Source: the human T2T-CHM13v2.0 reference genome, Homo sapiens. Taken from it: a DNA stretch of 64,000 nt. Position 1 is the first letter of the stretch. Every line of letters begins with the position of its first letter. A program made the translations under genes and the position numbers. A model generated the notes under the pieces. That model did no database searches and was not told the origin of the DNA. It worked only from the letters and a program-made list of their open reading frames with translations. Shown here one piece after another: positions 1-13,558 of this stretch. The DNA is taken from assembly GCF_009914755.1 (NCBI RefSeq), contig NC_060930.1; one strand, 5' to 3'.

Positions 1-1277
1 TTCAGCTCCATCACGTCATTTAAGGTCTTCTCTACACTGTTTATTCTAGTTAGTCATTCATCTAACATTTTTTCGAGGTTTTTAGCTTCCTTGCAATGCG
101 TTTGAGAAAGTTTGTTATTACTGACCTTCTGAAGCCTCCTTCTGTCAACTAATCAAAGTCATTATCCATCCAGCTTTGTTCTATTGCTGGCGAGGATCTG
201 CGATCTTTTGGAGGAGAAGATATGCTCTGGTTTTTAGAATTTACAGCTTTTCTGCTCTTGTTTCTCCCCATGTTTGTGGTTTTATCTACCTTTGGTCTTT
301 GATGTTGGTGACCTATAGATGGGGTTTTGGTGTAGATGTCCTTTTTGTTGAAGTTGTTGTTATTCCTTTCTGTTTGTTAGTTTTCCTTCTAACAGTCAGT
401 TCTCTTAGCTGCAGGTCTGTTGGAGTTTGCTGGAGGTCCACTCCAGACCCTGTTTTCTTGGGTATCACCAGTAGAGGCTGCAGAACAGCAAACATTGCTG
501 CCTGATGCTTCCTCTGGAAACTTTGTCCCAGAGGGGGATCCGCCTATATGAGGTGTCAGTCAGCCCCTACTGGGAGGTGTCTCCTGATTAGGCTACACGG
601 GGGTCAGGGACCCACTTGAGGAGGAAGTCTGTCCATTCTCAGAGCTCAACCGCCGTGCTGGGAGAATCACTGCTCTCTTCAGAGCTATCAGACAGGGACG
701 TTTAAGTCTGCAGAAGCTGTCTGCTGCCTTTTGTTCATCAATGCCCTGCCCACTGAGATGGAGTCTATAGAGGCAGTAGGCCATGCTGAGCTGTGGTGGG
801 CTCTGCCCAGTTCGAGCTTCCTGAACCTACTCAAGCCTCAGCAATGGCGGACATTCCTCCCCCAGCCAGGCTGCCGCCTCACAGTTTGATCTCAGACTGC
901 TGTGCTAGCAGTGAGCAAGCCTCCATGGTCATGGGACTGTGGGGCCAGGCACAGGAGAGAATCTCCTTGTCTGCCAGTTGCTAAAACCTTGGGAAAAGTG
1001 CAGTATTCAGGCAGAAGTGTCCCATTTTTTCCAGGTACAGTCTGTCTCAGCTTCCCTTGGCTAGGAAAGGGAAATCGCCCAACCCCTTGCACTTCCCGGG
1101 TGAGGCAACACCCTGCCCTGCTTCAGCTCATCCTCCATGGGCTGCACCCACTGTCCAACCAGTCCCACTGAGATGAACCAGGTACCTCAGTTGGAAATGC
1201 AGAAATCACCCATCTTCTGCATTGATCACTCTAGGAGCTGCCAACTGGACCTGCTCCTATTCAGCCATCTTGGAAGG
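1..1277 (-). mobile_element. L1PA (about PA6-PA8) 5'UTR plus ORF1 N-terminus; element continues beyond window start
   Basis: Minus strand begins CCAAGATGGCTGAATAGGAGCAG (L1 start with YY1-like site). ORF1 ATG at 271 reads MGRNKSRKAVNSKNQSISSPPKDRRSSPAIEQSWMDNDFD* (premature stop). Confidence 0.95.
844..984 (+). pseudogene. L1 ORF0 remnant (antisense 5'UTR ORF), frameshifted
   Basis: gcaATGG start; MADIPPPARLPPHSLISDCCASSEQ matches the ORF0 N-terminus MAGAPPPASLPPCSLISDCCASNQR. Confidence 0.8.
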
Positions 1278-1825
1278 GATCTTGTGGCTGTATTTTTTTA
1301 AAACTAATTCACTGGAAAGGAAGTTTATGATTCAGAAGTTTATGACTCAGAAGTTCAGATGATTATTAATAAAGTGTCTCAGTACTGAAGCTGTTGCAGT
1401 GGGGTTCCCTCACCTCTCCAGAAAAGAACACACTCCTGGGAGCAGCTCCTCTCACCAGTGATTATGCTTATAATCCTTTAATATGAGTCATGATATAGAA
1501 CACTTTTTGATCCTCACCCTCTCCACTGCCCCACTGCTACTCTCAACCCTGCTATTTTGGCTGCAGCATAAGGCTTCAAAGACCAGACAATTGATTTTTG
1601 AAAATTTGATAGAAACTGGAAAAAATAAAAGTAGTTCTCTTCATATGTATGCCTATATAAAGGTAGATATTTCGATTCATCATCGGCGCAGACTGTTTTT
1701 GTTTATTTGCTTCTTTTGGAAAGACCATCTGGATTGTTTCTTTAATATCACAAATATGGTCTTAAGGAAAACTGTAGAAATATGGTCATTTTTAGACAGA
1801 GCAGCTAAGAGTTCTCTTGAATAAT

Positions 1826-2270
1826 TCAATTTTTATTTGTATAAATTTAAGAGGTACAAGTGAATTTTGTTAGATATACCATGGAGTGGTAAAGTCTAGG
1901 CTTTTAATATACTCATCACCCAAGTAATGTATGTTGTACCCATGAAGTAATTTCTCATCACCCACCCCTCTCCCACTCTCATCACCCTTTTGAGTCTCAA
2001 GTTTCTATCTGTCCACACTCTATGCCCATGGGTGCACATTATTTAGCTCCCAGTTGTAAGTGACATGTGGTATTTGTCTTTCTATTTTGGAGTTTGTTCA
2101 CTTAAGATAATTGCCTCCAATTCTATTCATGTTACTGTAAAAGAAACAATTTCATTTTTATGGCTAAATAGTATTATGTTGCATGCATATACCATATTTT
2201 CTTTATCCAGTCATGTATCAATGGATGTTTAGGTTAATTCCATATCTTTGTTACTGTGAATAGTGCTGCA
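1826..2270 (-). mobile_element. L1PB/L1MA-type 3' end fragment
   Basis: T-rich tail then typical antisense L1 3'UTR text (gtatttgtctttct...ttctttatccagtc...tgaatagtgctgca). Confidence 0.85.
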
Positions 2271-2662
2271 ACTTGTTATGTGTGTTCAGTTCAAGCTATG
2301 TTGTTTTTTGTGTTTTCCTCCTCTGGGTGGATTTGGATTGTTCTTTGTATGGTAAAACATAGTTTGTACTTGTATAATTGTATTTTGGCAGAGCAGTAGC
2401 TTACAGGAGATGGTGACTTAAGATGAAGAGAACTGCAAAAAGAATTTTGACCTTGACAGTAAGAGGGATTTAAAAAAGATGGTGAGCTGTTCTTTGTGTA
2501 CCTCAGTTTAGATGATTTTCCTGATATCATATTGTGATATTAATGGTAAAACTCATGAAGTCTTGATTTGAGATTTAACATATTCAGCATCATACCTGCT
2601 TGCAAATTTCCCAACACTTTGGGGTTTATTCATTTTTTTTGTATGTCAAATGAAATCAAATA

Positions 2663-3206
2663 CAATAGTCCCCCTACCCACCCTTATCTGTGGTTTTTCT
2701 TTCTGCAGCTTCAGTTACCCATGGTCAACCATGGTCCAAAAATATGAAATGGGAAAATTACAGAAATAAACAATTAATAAGTTTTGACCTTTGTGTTGTT
2801 GTGAGTAGCGAGATGAAATCTCACTTCCTGCTCCATCCTTCCTGGGATGTGAATCATCCTTTTCTCCAGCATATCCATGCTGTAGAAGCCACCTGCCCTT
2901 AGTCACTTCCTAGCTGTCTCCATGATCAGATCCACTGTCATGGCTTCACCGCGTTTGTGTTCAAGTAATCCTTATTTCACTTAAAAATGGCCCTGAAGTT
3001 CAAGAGTAGTGATGCTGGCATATTGTTATAATTGTTTGATGTTATTATTATTGTTGTTAATCTCTTACTGTGCCTAAATTATAAAACTTATCATCAGTAT
3101 GTGTGTAAAGGAGACAACAGTATATATAGAGTCCAGTACTATCCACAGTTTCAAGCATCCTCTGGAGGACTTTGAATAAATCCTCTGAGGATAAGGGGGG
3201 ACTATG
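2663..3206 (+). mobile_element. MER44 (Tigger7-derived) DNA transposon
   Basis: TIRs caatagtccccc..ttatc and gataagggggg actatg; internal cagttacccatggtcaaccatggtccaaaaat. Confidence 0.85.
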
Positions 3207-3244
3207 ATATACTAATAATTCTATTTTTAATCTGTTTCTCTAAG

Positions 3245-3465
3245 GCAAGATTTTTGAATTTTTACACTACTTACATTTTAGGATCAGTAATTCTTTCTTG
3301 TGGGAATCTATCTTATGCTTTGTAAGATGTTTAACAGTACCTTGGCCTCTACCTATTAGATGTTGGTAATACTCCCTCTCCAAGTTGTGACAACCAAATA
3401 TGTCTCCAGACATTATCAAATTTTGCTTGAGAGCCAAAATTGTTTCTGGCAGAGAACCATACTGG
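3245..3465 (-). mobile_element. MER20 (hAT-Charlie)
   Basis: agttgtgacaaccaaatatgtctccagacatt...gagaacc is the reverse complement of the MER20 5' end. Confidence 0.85.
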
Positions 3466-3617
3466 TCTAAAGCCACCATTTCATTCCTTTCATTCCTTTA
3501 ATGCTTGCTAAATTATCATGAGGGATCGTAGTCTTGCTATCTCTGGCATTGAATCTCTAATGTTACATATTTTAGTTTTTAAATATGTCAGCACCACACT
3601 CCTGATAGCAATTTCAG

Positions 3618-4015
3618 TATTAGTCATCTATCACTATTATGCTGAGTAACAAATAGCACAGAAATGAAAAGTCACAGTTGCTTGTAACACCTAAGTTTAT
3701 TTATCACTCATGTTATGTGTTAGCTGAGGCAGCTGTGACTTGGCTGTTTGTCATGTGTCTTCTTCATGCCAAGATGAAGACTTTATTAGTAGTCATCATT
3801 TGGAATATGATCTTCTCAAAGCAAAAGGAAAAGTGGAAATACTTAACCATGTGATGGCTCATAAAGTTTCTGCTAGGATATAGAATACTTCAGATCTACT
3901 ATGCCAGCGCAAGTCATATGGTCAAGCCTGAAGTCAATTGCTTGGGAAAACTTATTCCCATGGGAAGACACTGAAGCTAAGACAGCAAATAATTGAGAAC
4001 AATGATACAGTCTAC
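3618..4015 (-). mobile_element. Old MLT1-type MaLR LTR (degraded)
   Basis: tattagtca...gtaacaaat...tttatttatcactca start and caagtcatatggtcaagcct near the end. Confidence 0.5.
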
Positions 4016-4461
4016 AATGAGTACAATAACTCTTTAGGGTTATAGGGCAGGGCTTTATCCCTCTGGGCAGGAGATTTCCCTTTAGGATGTGGATATTCCC
4101 ACTACCAATTTATCATCCTGAAAAAGGATAGATCCTGAGCAGAAACAAGGGACTGAGGGTTCAGGATCTACAGAGGAGAAAGAGAGAAAACTTTTCTTTA
4201 ATATGGGCAACTTAATATCTGGATCTGGACTCTGAGGCATACTACATTAATGTACATAAGCTTCCCTCTGCTCCAAATAGATTAATGAGGAAATAAGTAG
4301 AGCTTCTTGGATAGGGAAATCGTGACCAAATTTGGCCTGGGTACCCTGAGAGTGGTCTCATCAAACAGCAGTAATAAGTAACTTTCTCTCTCATACTGCA
4401 TTCTCCATACCTTTGTATGGTACTATGGTACTATGTAGGCTGTGCTGTGGCTGTGTGGATT

Positions 4462-4675
4462 CAGGGTAAAAGTTGGCAAATGTTTTCTATACGAGGCAAG
4501 ATAGTAAATATTTTCACCATTCTGGGTAACATGGTCTCTGGCTCAAGTCTTCAATTTTGCCATTGTAGCATGAATGCAACCAGAAACAATTTGCAAATGA
4601 ACATGTGTGTCTATGTTCCAATAAAACTATAAAAATAGGTGGTTGGGCTAGAAGGCTATAGTTTGTCATTCCCTG
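4462..4675 (+). mobile_element. MER58A (hAT-Charlie)
   Basis: ttggcaaa...gatagtaaatatttt...tgccattgtagcatgaa...tgttccaataaaact...tagtttg..ccctg. Confidence 0.85.
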
Positions 4676-4965
4676 GTTTAACATAAAAGCTGGTTCTGTG
4701 CTTCAGATAAAGTGATAAAAAACACTTGACTCTCACTCCAATGCATTATCCTCTCTCTAAGGCCAACAGAACTGCAGGAGTTGGCCAGTGGAGGTGCAAT
4801 ACAGTGGTCAGTCTAGGGAGGCTACAGCAGGTTGAATGACACACTTAACCTCTGAGGACCTGCCGAGAGACACCACAGAGAGTGGAAAGCAAAACCTGAC
4901 ACAGTGATATTATTTAGAATTTTTAAAATGCACTCCCTTTCTAGTGTATGTAATATACCACAATC

Positions 4966-5254
4966 CTTTTTGAGACAGAGTCTCACTCTTTCGCCCAGGC
5001 TGGAGTGTAGTGGCATGATCTTGGCTCACTGCAACCTCTGGCTCCCAGGTTGAAGCGATTCTCCTGCCTCAGCCTCCCATATATCTGGGATTACGGGTGT
5101 GTGCCACCATGCCCGGCTAATTATTTTTGTAATTTTTCAGTAGAGACAGGGTTTCACCATGTTGGTCAGGCTGGTCTTGAACTCCTGACCTCAGGTGATC
5201 CACCTTGTCCTCCCAAAGTGCTGGGATTACAGGTGTGAGTCACCGTGCCCATCC
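4966..5254 (-). mobile_element. AluS
   Basis: Full Alu dimer in antisense with cctgacctcaggtgatcc; very short tail. Confidence 0.95.
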
Positions 5255-7342
5255 CAGTCCTTTTTCTATGTAGCTCCATCAGAACTAAAATGTTCTGATG
5301 GAACTATATAGAAAATATTTTCACATCCCCCTAAAGGCTTTACATTATATATGTATGATAATCTGATTGGTATATTTCATCTGGAATTATTAACAATCAT
5401 CACCATGATCCATGGTGATGGTAATAAAATGATCTACAAGTATCTACATTGCTGCTCCCATGTGCTTAGCATAATGCAAAAAACTGTAGGACAGTTCAAG
5501 GCAAAAGTCCCAAATTTGACTGAGCCAGTTGGGAGTGAAAGAGAGGAGGTATCAAGTTGATGTATACGTTATTGGAGAAATTCCCATGAGTTGGCTAGAC
5601 CCCAGCTACCACTGTCATGAGGAAAAGGCTGCTCGGGCATTCCTGTCATGCTCAAGGCATCACATTGTGGGAGGAGACGAGGAGTCAGACCTCAGTGATT
5701 CCTGCAGAAACAGGCAGGGGCAGCAGTGGTCGACTTTGGCCTTGTCTTTTTCCCAGTTTGCTAAAGTCCTGCCTGTTAAAATGCCACATTCCTTTGGCAA
5801 GGGAACTTGACTTTTTCCCCAAAAGACTAAATGTTCCTCCTCCTGACTGAGAGTCACTGTCTGGGTCATGAATTTTGCTTTTGAGCTTCCTTGAGTCTAA
5901 TGCATGCAACTGACCAGTGAATGAACTTTGGGAATACAACCTATTGCTAGGAAGGGGACTACTTGTTCCTAGATAATTGACTCTCTTCCTTATTTTGTTG
6001 TATAGAAAAAAAATAGATCAGTAAGATGAAGGGCTGTGTTGTGAGATTCCTGTTTCTGCTTTCCTCCAAAAGAAAATAATTTAAAGTGATTGAACTGCAG
6101 AATCACATTTTTGAGATAGAAAGGCTCTTAAAGATGTTCAAGTCCTTCTTTTAGAATTGAATTAATAACAATAATGATTTCAGATGTTTAAAATAACCAA
6201 ACTAAAAGGACATAATAATTTTGTTTGTTATGTGCCCTCTCACAGCCCTTGCAATTTTTCATTGAAGGACCAGAGAACCCGTTAATATATAGTCAGGATA
6301 TTAAAGGTCATCAAGCACATTAAGAAAACTCAATATATGCTCAATGAAGAGTTTATAAATGGTAGTGGCAGAGATTCTAAGCTTTTAATATTATTTCATA
6401 AACCATGAAGATAAAAACAGAACAAGATCATGTATCCTCAATTTTAGTGCACATTAATGACAGTAGCCTGCAAAAGCTTATGTACACTGATAAAAGGAAA
6501 TAAAATTTCCAAGTATTGGAAATTCAGGACTATATTATTGAGTATTTTTTACACCTTAAGTTATCATTTTATAAAACTGAAATATGCACTTGGTGATTTT
6601 TATTTTTTTTACCTTCTATATGTTATCATGTTTAATAAAGCCAATTTGAAGTTATATATTCACAAGGATTTTCATATAAGCCGTCATGATCCAAGTTCTT
6701 TTAACCAATATTTTTTTTCCTAAAGAGAAAAGCTACATGACTTTTCATTATGTTAAAAGTTCGAGGCAGATCACTTCCTATGGTCTCTACCTTCATAACT
6801 TCTGCATCTTGATTTAAACCACACAATATCAATCCCAATAGGCAGCTAACCTCATGTTACCAAAATTTCCATTAAAATTACTTTCTTCCTATTCATTCAT
6901 AGCAATCCCAAGTTATAGCAAAATCAAATGGGTAACTAAAAATAAATATCTCATTCTGATACCATTATTTTTTGCACACATTGTAAATTAATTAATTCAG
7001 CTAAGAAAGAAATGTATCTGCTGATCTTTTAGAACTCCTTGTTTATTACCAGAGACTGTGTTTGCTAACAGATACAATAACTGTAAGGTCATGCTATTAA
7101 GGACCTCTATAGTATGTTATTGAGAGTAAGATTTTTTTCTTAAAGATACAGTAAAGTAATTTTGAGGTTATGAGGCATTTTCTTTTCTTCAGCTCTATAA
7201 AGGTAAAATGGACATGAGCACTCTAAATATTTTGTGTTAAGCAATAGAAGAATCTCTATAAACATATTAGAAAATAATGTTGAAAAAATAATCATTTTGT
7301 CTCCTAGATTGTTGTTTTCTTTAATTTTTTCCCTACTGCTAT

Positions 7343-7836
7343 AATGTGCAGTAGGGAAAAAGATGTCCACAGTCTAACTGCAGGAACTTGTGAATACGTT
7401 AGTTTACATGGCAAAATGTACTTTGCAGGTGCAATTAATTAAGACTTTGAGATGAATTGGTTTTCCTGGATTGGCCAAGTAGGACTAATGTAATCACATG
7501 GGTTCTTAAAAAGTTTAGAACCATCAAACCCCCTCTGGGCTATTGTCAGAGGGGCATGTAACCGTGGAAGGATAGTTGGACAGATGTAACGTTAGTAGTT
7601 TTGAAGATGGAGGAGGGACCACAAATCAAAGAATGTGGGCAGCCTTTTGAAGATAGAGCAAGAAAGAAAACAGATTTTTCCCTTTAGCCTAATAAAAGAA
7701 ATGCAGCCCTACTGACACCTTGATTTTTAACCCAGTATTGAACCTTTGACTTACAGAAGTATAAAATAATAAATTCATGATATTTTGAGCCTCTAAATTT
7801 GGGTCAACTTGTTAGAGAAGCAAAACAAAACTAACT
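7343..7836 (+). mobile_element. MLT1C/D MaLR LTR
   Basis: ttacatggcaaaa..actttgcag, taatgtaatcaca, tttgaagatggagga, tgacaccttgatttt, aataaatt...aactaa. Confidence 0.85.
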
Positions 7837-7877
7837 AGCCTCTAAATTTGGGTCAACTTGTTAGAGAAGCAAAACAA
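7788..7877. repeat. Tandem duplication, 41 bp identical, period 49
   Basis: agcctctaaatttgggtcaacttgttagagaagcaaaacaa at 7788-7828 and 7837-7877. Confidence 0.95.
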
Positions 7878-8849
7878 CCCATGGTTGTTTTCTTAATTAT
7901 CCAGTTATCCATTTGACCTCAGAATGTATTCAGTCTAACATCTTACAGTATCTCATCTTTTACTGCTTCCTCTGGTTTCATATGTGATAGTTCTTATTAG
8001 TACTCAATTTTTCAGATTTCAACAAGAACATAACTTATGCCAAATAGCCTCAACCATATCATATGAACTATGTACTTCTAAAACTTTAATAAGCCTCCAT
8101 ATATGCTTTTAATTTTAAAGTAATTTAACTTCATTTGACCCAATATAAAAAATGCATTTATTTCATTTGGAACTCAGTAACTTTTGTTCATTTCAGGTTT
8201 TATTTTCCCCTTCCTATATCCCTTTTAGCTTTTCCTGCATCAGCAACCAGAAGAACAAATAATGGAAAAATTTCCATTGCTAGTAGGTATTACACAATTA
8301 TCTCTGCTCTCCTTCTTCTCTAATTTATGCAGCAAACATCATTTGGCAATAATCCTAATGGTGAAATAAAAACTAGGAACTTTCAAAGAAACCATTATAT
8401 TCCCATATAGATAGCCTCCTAAAATTGTCCTGGTCTTGTCCACTAAAACAACCTTCTCTCAAATAAACATCATTAGTAAAATAGATGATGCTTCTTCAGA
8501 GATTTTTTTTTCAAACAACAACAACAACAAAACCTCAGTAATTTTCTTCAGAAAAAAATACCCTTACAAAAACATGAGAATTATGGTTTTCTTCTTTAAA
8601 TAATGTCAAAAATACAAATGTAGATCCTCAAAATAATTCACTATCAACTTAATTGCATCTTGATTTAAGACCAGTATCTCTAGAGTCAGAGAATATTTTT
8701 TTCTTCTTTTTATTTAGTTGGAGTATAATTCATATATGATGAAATTCACATATCTTAAAGGTTTATGTCTATGAGTTTTGTAAACTATGTCCCTAATGTT
8801 TCCACCAACCATAGAATCCTCTCATCAACCCAGGAAGTGTCTTTGTTCT

Positions 8850-9504
<655 letters not shown>

Positions 9505-9733
9505 GTTCCCTTTCCAGTCACTTCCCATGCCCTAGAGGCAAGGGCTTTCTGATTTCTATCACCATAGATTTCTTGTGTCTGATTTTAAACTACGAATTGT
9601 ACAGTACACTCTCTTTTGTGTCTCTATGTCATTTAACACAATTGTATAATCACTTAACATGTGTGTATGTGTGTGTGCATGTGTGTGTATATCTCTCATG
9701 ATTCTGTGTCTCTGGAGAACCCTGAGGAATACA

Positions 9734-10005
9734 ATCACATCCATGGATTCACTCAATCTTGGGTAGAAATATTCAAAAAATAATGTGCCTGAACATGTAC
9801 AGAATTTTTTCCTTGTCCTTATTTCCAAACAATATAGTAAGACAACTACTTATATAACATTTCTATTATATTAGATATTATAAGTAAGATGACTTAAAGT
9901 ATACGGGAGAATGTGTATGGATTATAGACAAATATATACCATTTTATATCAGGGACTGACCATCTATAAATTTTGGTGTATGTGGGAGGATACCAAAGGA
10001 AAATT

Positions 10006-10008
<3 letters not shown>
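9734..10008 (+). mobile_element. MER2 (Tigger family), 5' TIR missing
   Basis: catccatggattca..., ccattttatatcagggact, terminal gataccaaaggaaaattata. Confidence 0.75.
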
Positions 10009-10036
<28 letters not shown>

Positions 10037-10059
10037 TGGGGAGAGAGAGAGAGAGAGAG
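10007..10059. repeat. (GATA)n and (GA)n microsatellites
   Basis: Directly visible. Confidence 0.95.
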
Positions 10060-11171
10060 AAACTTATTATGGGAATTGACTCATGCAATTATGGAGGCTG
10101 AGTTCTACCATCTGCTGTCTGTGAGCTGGAGACCCAGAAAAGCCAGTGACATAATTCATGTGTAAAGAATCAGGGGAGCCAAAGTTCTAAGCCCTGGAGT
10201 CTGCAGACTCCAGAACCAGAAGCTCCAGTGTCCAAGGGCAGAAGGTGGATGTTTCAGCTCAAGGAGACAGAGAACAAATTTGTCTTTCCTCCACATTTTT
10301 GTTCTATTTGGGCCCTCAGAGAATTAGATGATGCCTGCTCATGTTGGTGAGGGTAGATCTTCTTCACTAGATCTATTGATTTAAGTGCTAATCACTGTTG
10401 GAAACACCCTCACAGACACACCCAGAAAGAATGTTTTACCAGCTACCTGAGTATCCCTTGGTCCATTCAAATTAATACATAAAATTAACTGTCACATTAA
10501 CTATAACATGTATGAACTGAACCGTATTACTTATATGACTATATCACAATTCATTTGCCCATTGCCCTGTTGATGGACATTTCTGCTGCTTTTAGGCTTT
10601 GGCTACGATAGATAAGGCTACTGTGAACCTTCTTATGTAATATTTTTGTTAACATATGCCCTCAAACCTAGGAGTAGAACTACTGGGTTACATGGGGGAA
10701 GAAACTGCCAAACAGTTCTCCAAAGTGATCATGCATTGTCAGTTAGAGTATAATGTAATACAAGGTTCTAGTTGTTTCATAATTTTGGGCCCCATTTGCA
10801 CTGTCAATTGTTTTTATTTTATACAATTTATGTTAAATAGCATATTATTGTGGTTTTGACTTGTATTTTTACATGACAAATGATGTTAGCTACCTTTTTA
10901 TGTGCTTATTAAATGTTTGTGTATCTTTATTTGTGATGTACTTTTGGGAGCCATTTTTATATGGGTTTTTTGCTGCAGTTTTAGGAATTTTTTAAATATA
11001 TGCTGAATATAATTCCTTTGTTAGACATATGTGTGACAAATTTTTTTCCTTTCTGTGGTCCACTTATTTATCTCATTAAGAATGTCTGTTGATGAGTGGA
11101 TATTTTTATTTTGATGAAGTCTAAATTATTATTTTGTTTCTTTTGTGGTTAGGGCTTTTTAGGTCATGTCT

Positions 11172-11476
11172 AATAAAAGGTTAATTTTATATGTCAACTT
11201 GACAGGTCCAAAGGGTAACACTATTCTGGATGCTGAAATTGGCTGACTGAGTAGAACAGATTACCCTTCCTAATGTGGTTGGGCCTCATCCCATTAGTCA
11301 AAAGTTCCCATAAAAGCAAAAGGCTGACCTTCTCCTAAGTGAGAGAGAATGCTTCCTGCCTCCACACTGGAACTAAACCATTGGCCTTCCAGGATCTCCA
11401 GCTTGCTGACTCACCCTGAAGATCTTGGAACCTGAGAGCCTCCATAATCATGTAAGCCAATTTCTCATAATAAATC

Positions 11477-11520
<44 letters not shown>

Positions 11521-11549
11521 TGGTTCTTTCTGGAGAACTGTAACATACC
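11172..11549 (+). mobile_element. MLT2-type ERVL LTR containing (CA)n at about 11480-11518
   Basis: ggttaattttatatgtcaacttgac start; ctccataatcatgtaagccaattt; ggttctttctggagaac end. Confidence 0.85.
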
Positions 11550-11602
11550 TAGTCTAAGGTCATGAAGGTCTTCTCTTGTTTCCTTGTATAAGCTTTAGAA
11601 TT

Positions 11603-12239
<637 letters not shown>

Positions 12240-13071
12240 ATTGTCTTAAATGAATTTTTGAGTACGGAGCAAAGTAGGAGTTGAGATGATTTTTTATTCC
12301 TCCCTGAATATTTTCCATTGTTCCAGCATAATTTCTTTAAAAGCTTTTCTTTCCCCATTGAAATGACTTTGTAAATTGATCAAAAATCAGTTGTCCATAT
12401 AGATGCGCAAATATTTCTGTACTCTATATTTTCCTAATGTTTATTTTTCCAGGTGCTATTACCATAGTGTCTTAAATATTGTAACTTTACAGTAAGGCTT
12501 GTAATTAGATATAGAAGGTCCTCCAAATTTGTTCAAGATTGTTTTGATATTTGTATTTCCATATAAATTCCAAAATGAATGTGTCAGTACCCTCCAAAAA
12601 ATGTCTGGAACATTTTGGGTATTGCATTGAGCCTGAAGATGTGAAATAAACATATTAGCATTATTGAATCTTATACTTCATTTGCATGTAATATCTATTT
12701 AAGTTTTCATTAATTACTCCTCACAATATTTTAAGTTTTTAATATAAACATTTTTCACACCTTCTGTTAGATTTGCTTCTAGGTATTTGGTATTTTCTAA
12801 TGTTATTGTTTCTTAATTTTGATCTTCTCTGAATATAAATTAGGTATTATAGATAATTTATAATAAAAAGAAATATATATATTTTTAAGAAAACTCTATA
12901 ACTTCTGCGTCTGGGACCATTTCTATGTCTGCTCTTCTTGAGTATCTCCTCTCTTTACTGTGAATCAGATTTTTATACTTATTGTGAGTTACATACTTTT
13001 TATTATATGCTGGATATTATGTATAAAATAGAGGCTGAAATAAATATTTATACCTAGAAAAGCTTATGTTC

Positions 13072-13558
13072 TGAGAAAAAAAGGCAGCTCAGTGTAGTTT
13101 TAAGAATATTAGGCATGGAAATTTATCAGGTCCAAAAAGACAAGAGCAGAGACTTTGGTCGCTCTCCTAAACCACTCCTACCCCAACACACCCATCATGT
13201 TCTGGTTTAATTGTAGAAAGGCATTTTGTTTTTTCTTTCCTTCTAAGTAGTTTCCAGACTAGCTGATAAATTACCTAAAATGTTACCACAAGTTGCACAA
13301 TGTGACCTTCACACATTATCTTCACGTTCCTGGAATTTGTGATACAAAAAATGATGTATAGCCAACCAATAACTTATGTCAACTTAAGAACTGCCCTTTC
13401 TTTTTTCCTTTAAAAACTGACTTGTAACTGCTGCTAATCAAAGCATACATTCAGGGCAAGTTGAACCCATAGCTTCTGGGTTTATGGTCTTCAAACTTGG
13501 CCTAAAGAAACTCTCTGCTTATACTAATTTTGTCGCAGTTTCTTTCCTTAGGTTGACA
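13072..13558 (+). mobile_element. MER34-family ERV1 solo LTR
   Basis: attcagggcaagttgaa...aaactctctgcttatactaattttg...ttaggttgaca; flanks gttc/gttt. Confidence 0.75.

Larger units (their letters stand above)
9659..10496 (-). mobile_element. MLT2B-type ERVL LTR with inverted terminal segment and MER2 insertion
   Basis: ttattatgggaattgactcatgcaattatggaggctgag...cataaaattaactgtcaca; flanked by ttaac at 9654-9658 and 10497-10501. Confidence 0.85.

Noticed and set aside
1320-1356. 15-bp tandem repeat containing TGACTCA
   Set aside because: Ordinary short slippage repeat; one AP-1 motif is not evidence of function.
2392-2481. Possible exon (ggcag| ... G|GTGAGC) near the L1 antisense promoter
   Set aside because: Weak pyrimidine tract; indistinguishable from background.
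5351-5939. Overlapping ORFs on both strands in a slightly GC-richer unique patch
   Set aside because: No recognisable protein similarity or convincing exon structure; expected by chance.
6803-8668. Exact 15-mer tgcatcttgatttaa at 6803 and 8654
   Set aside because: A few such matches are expected by chance in 64 kb of AT-rich DNA, and the match does not extend.
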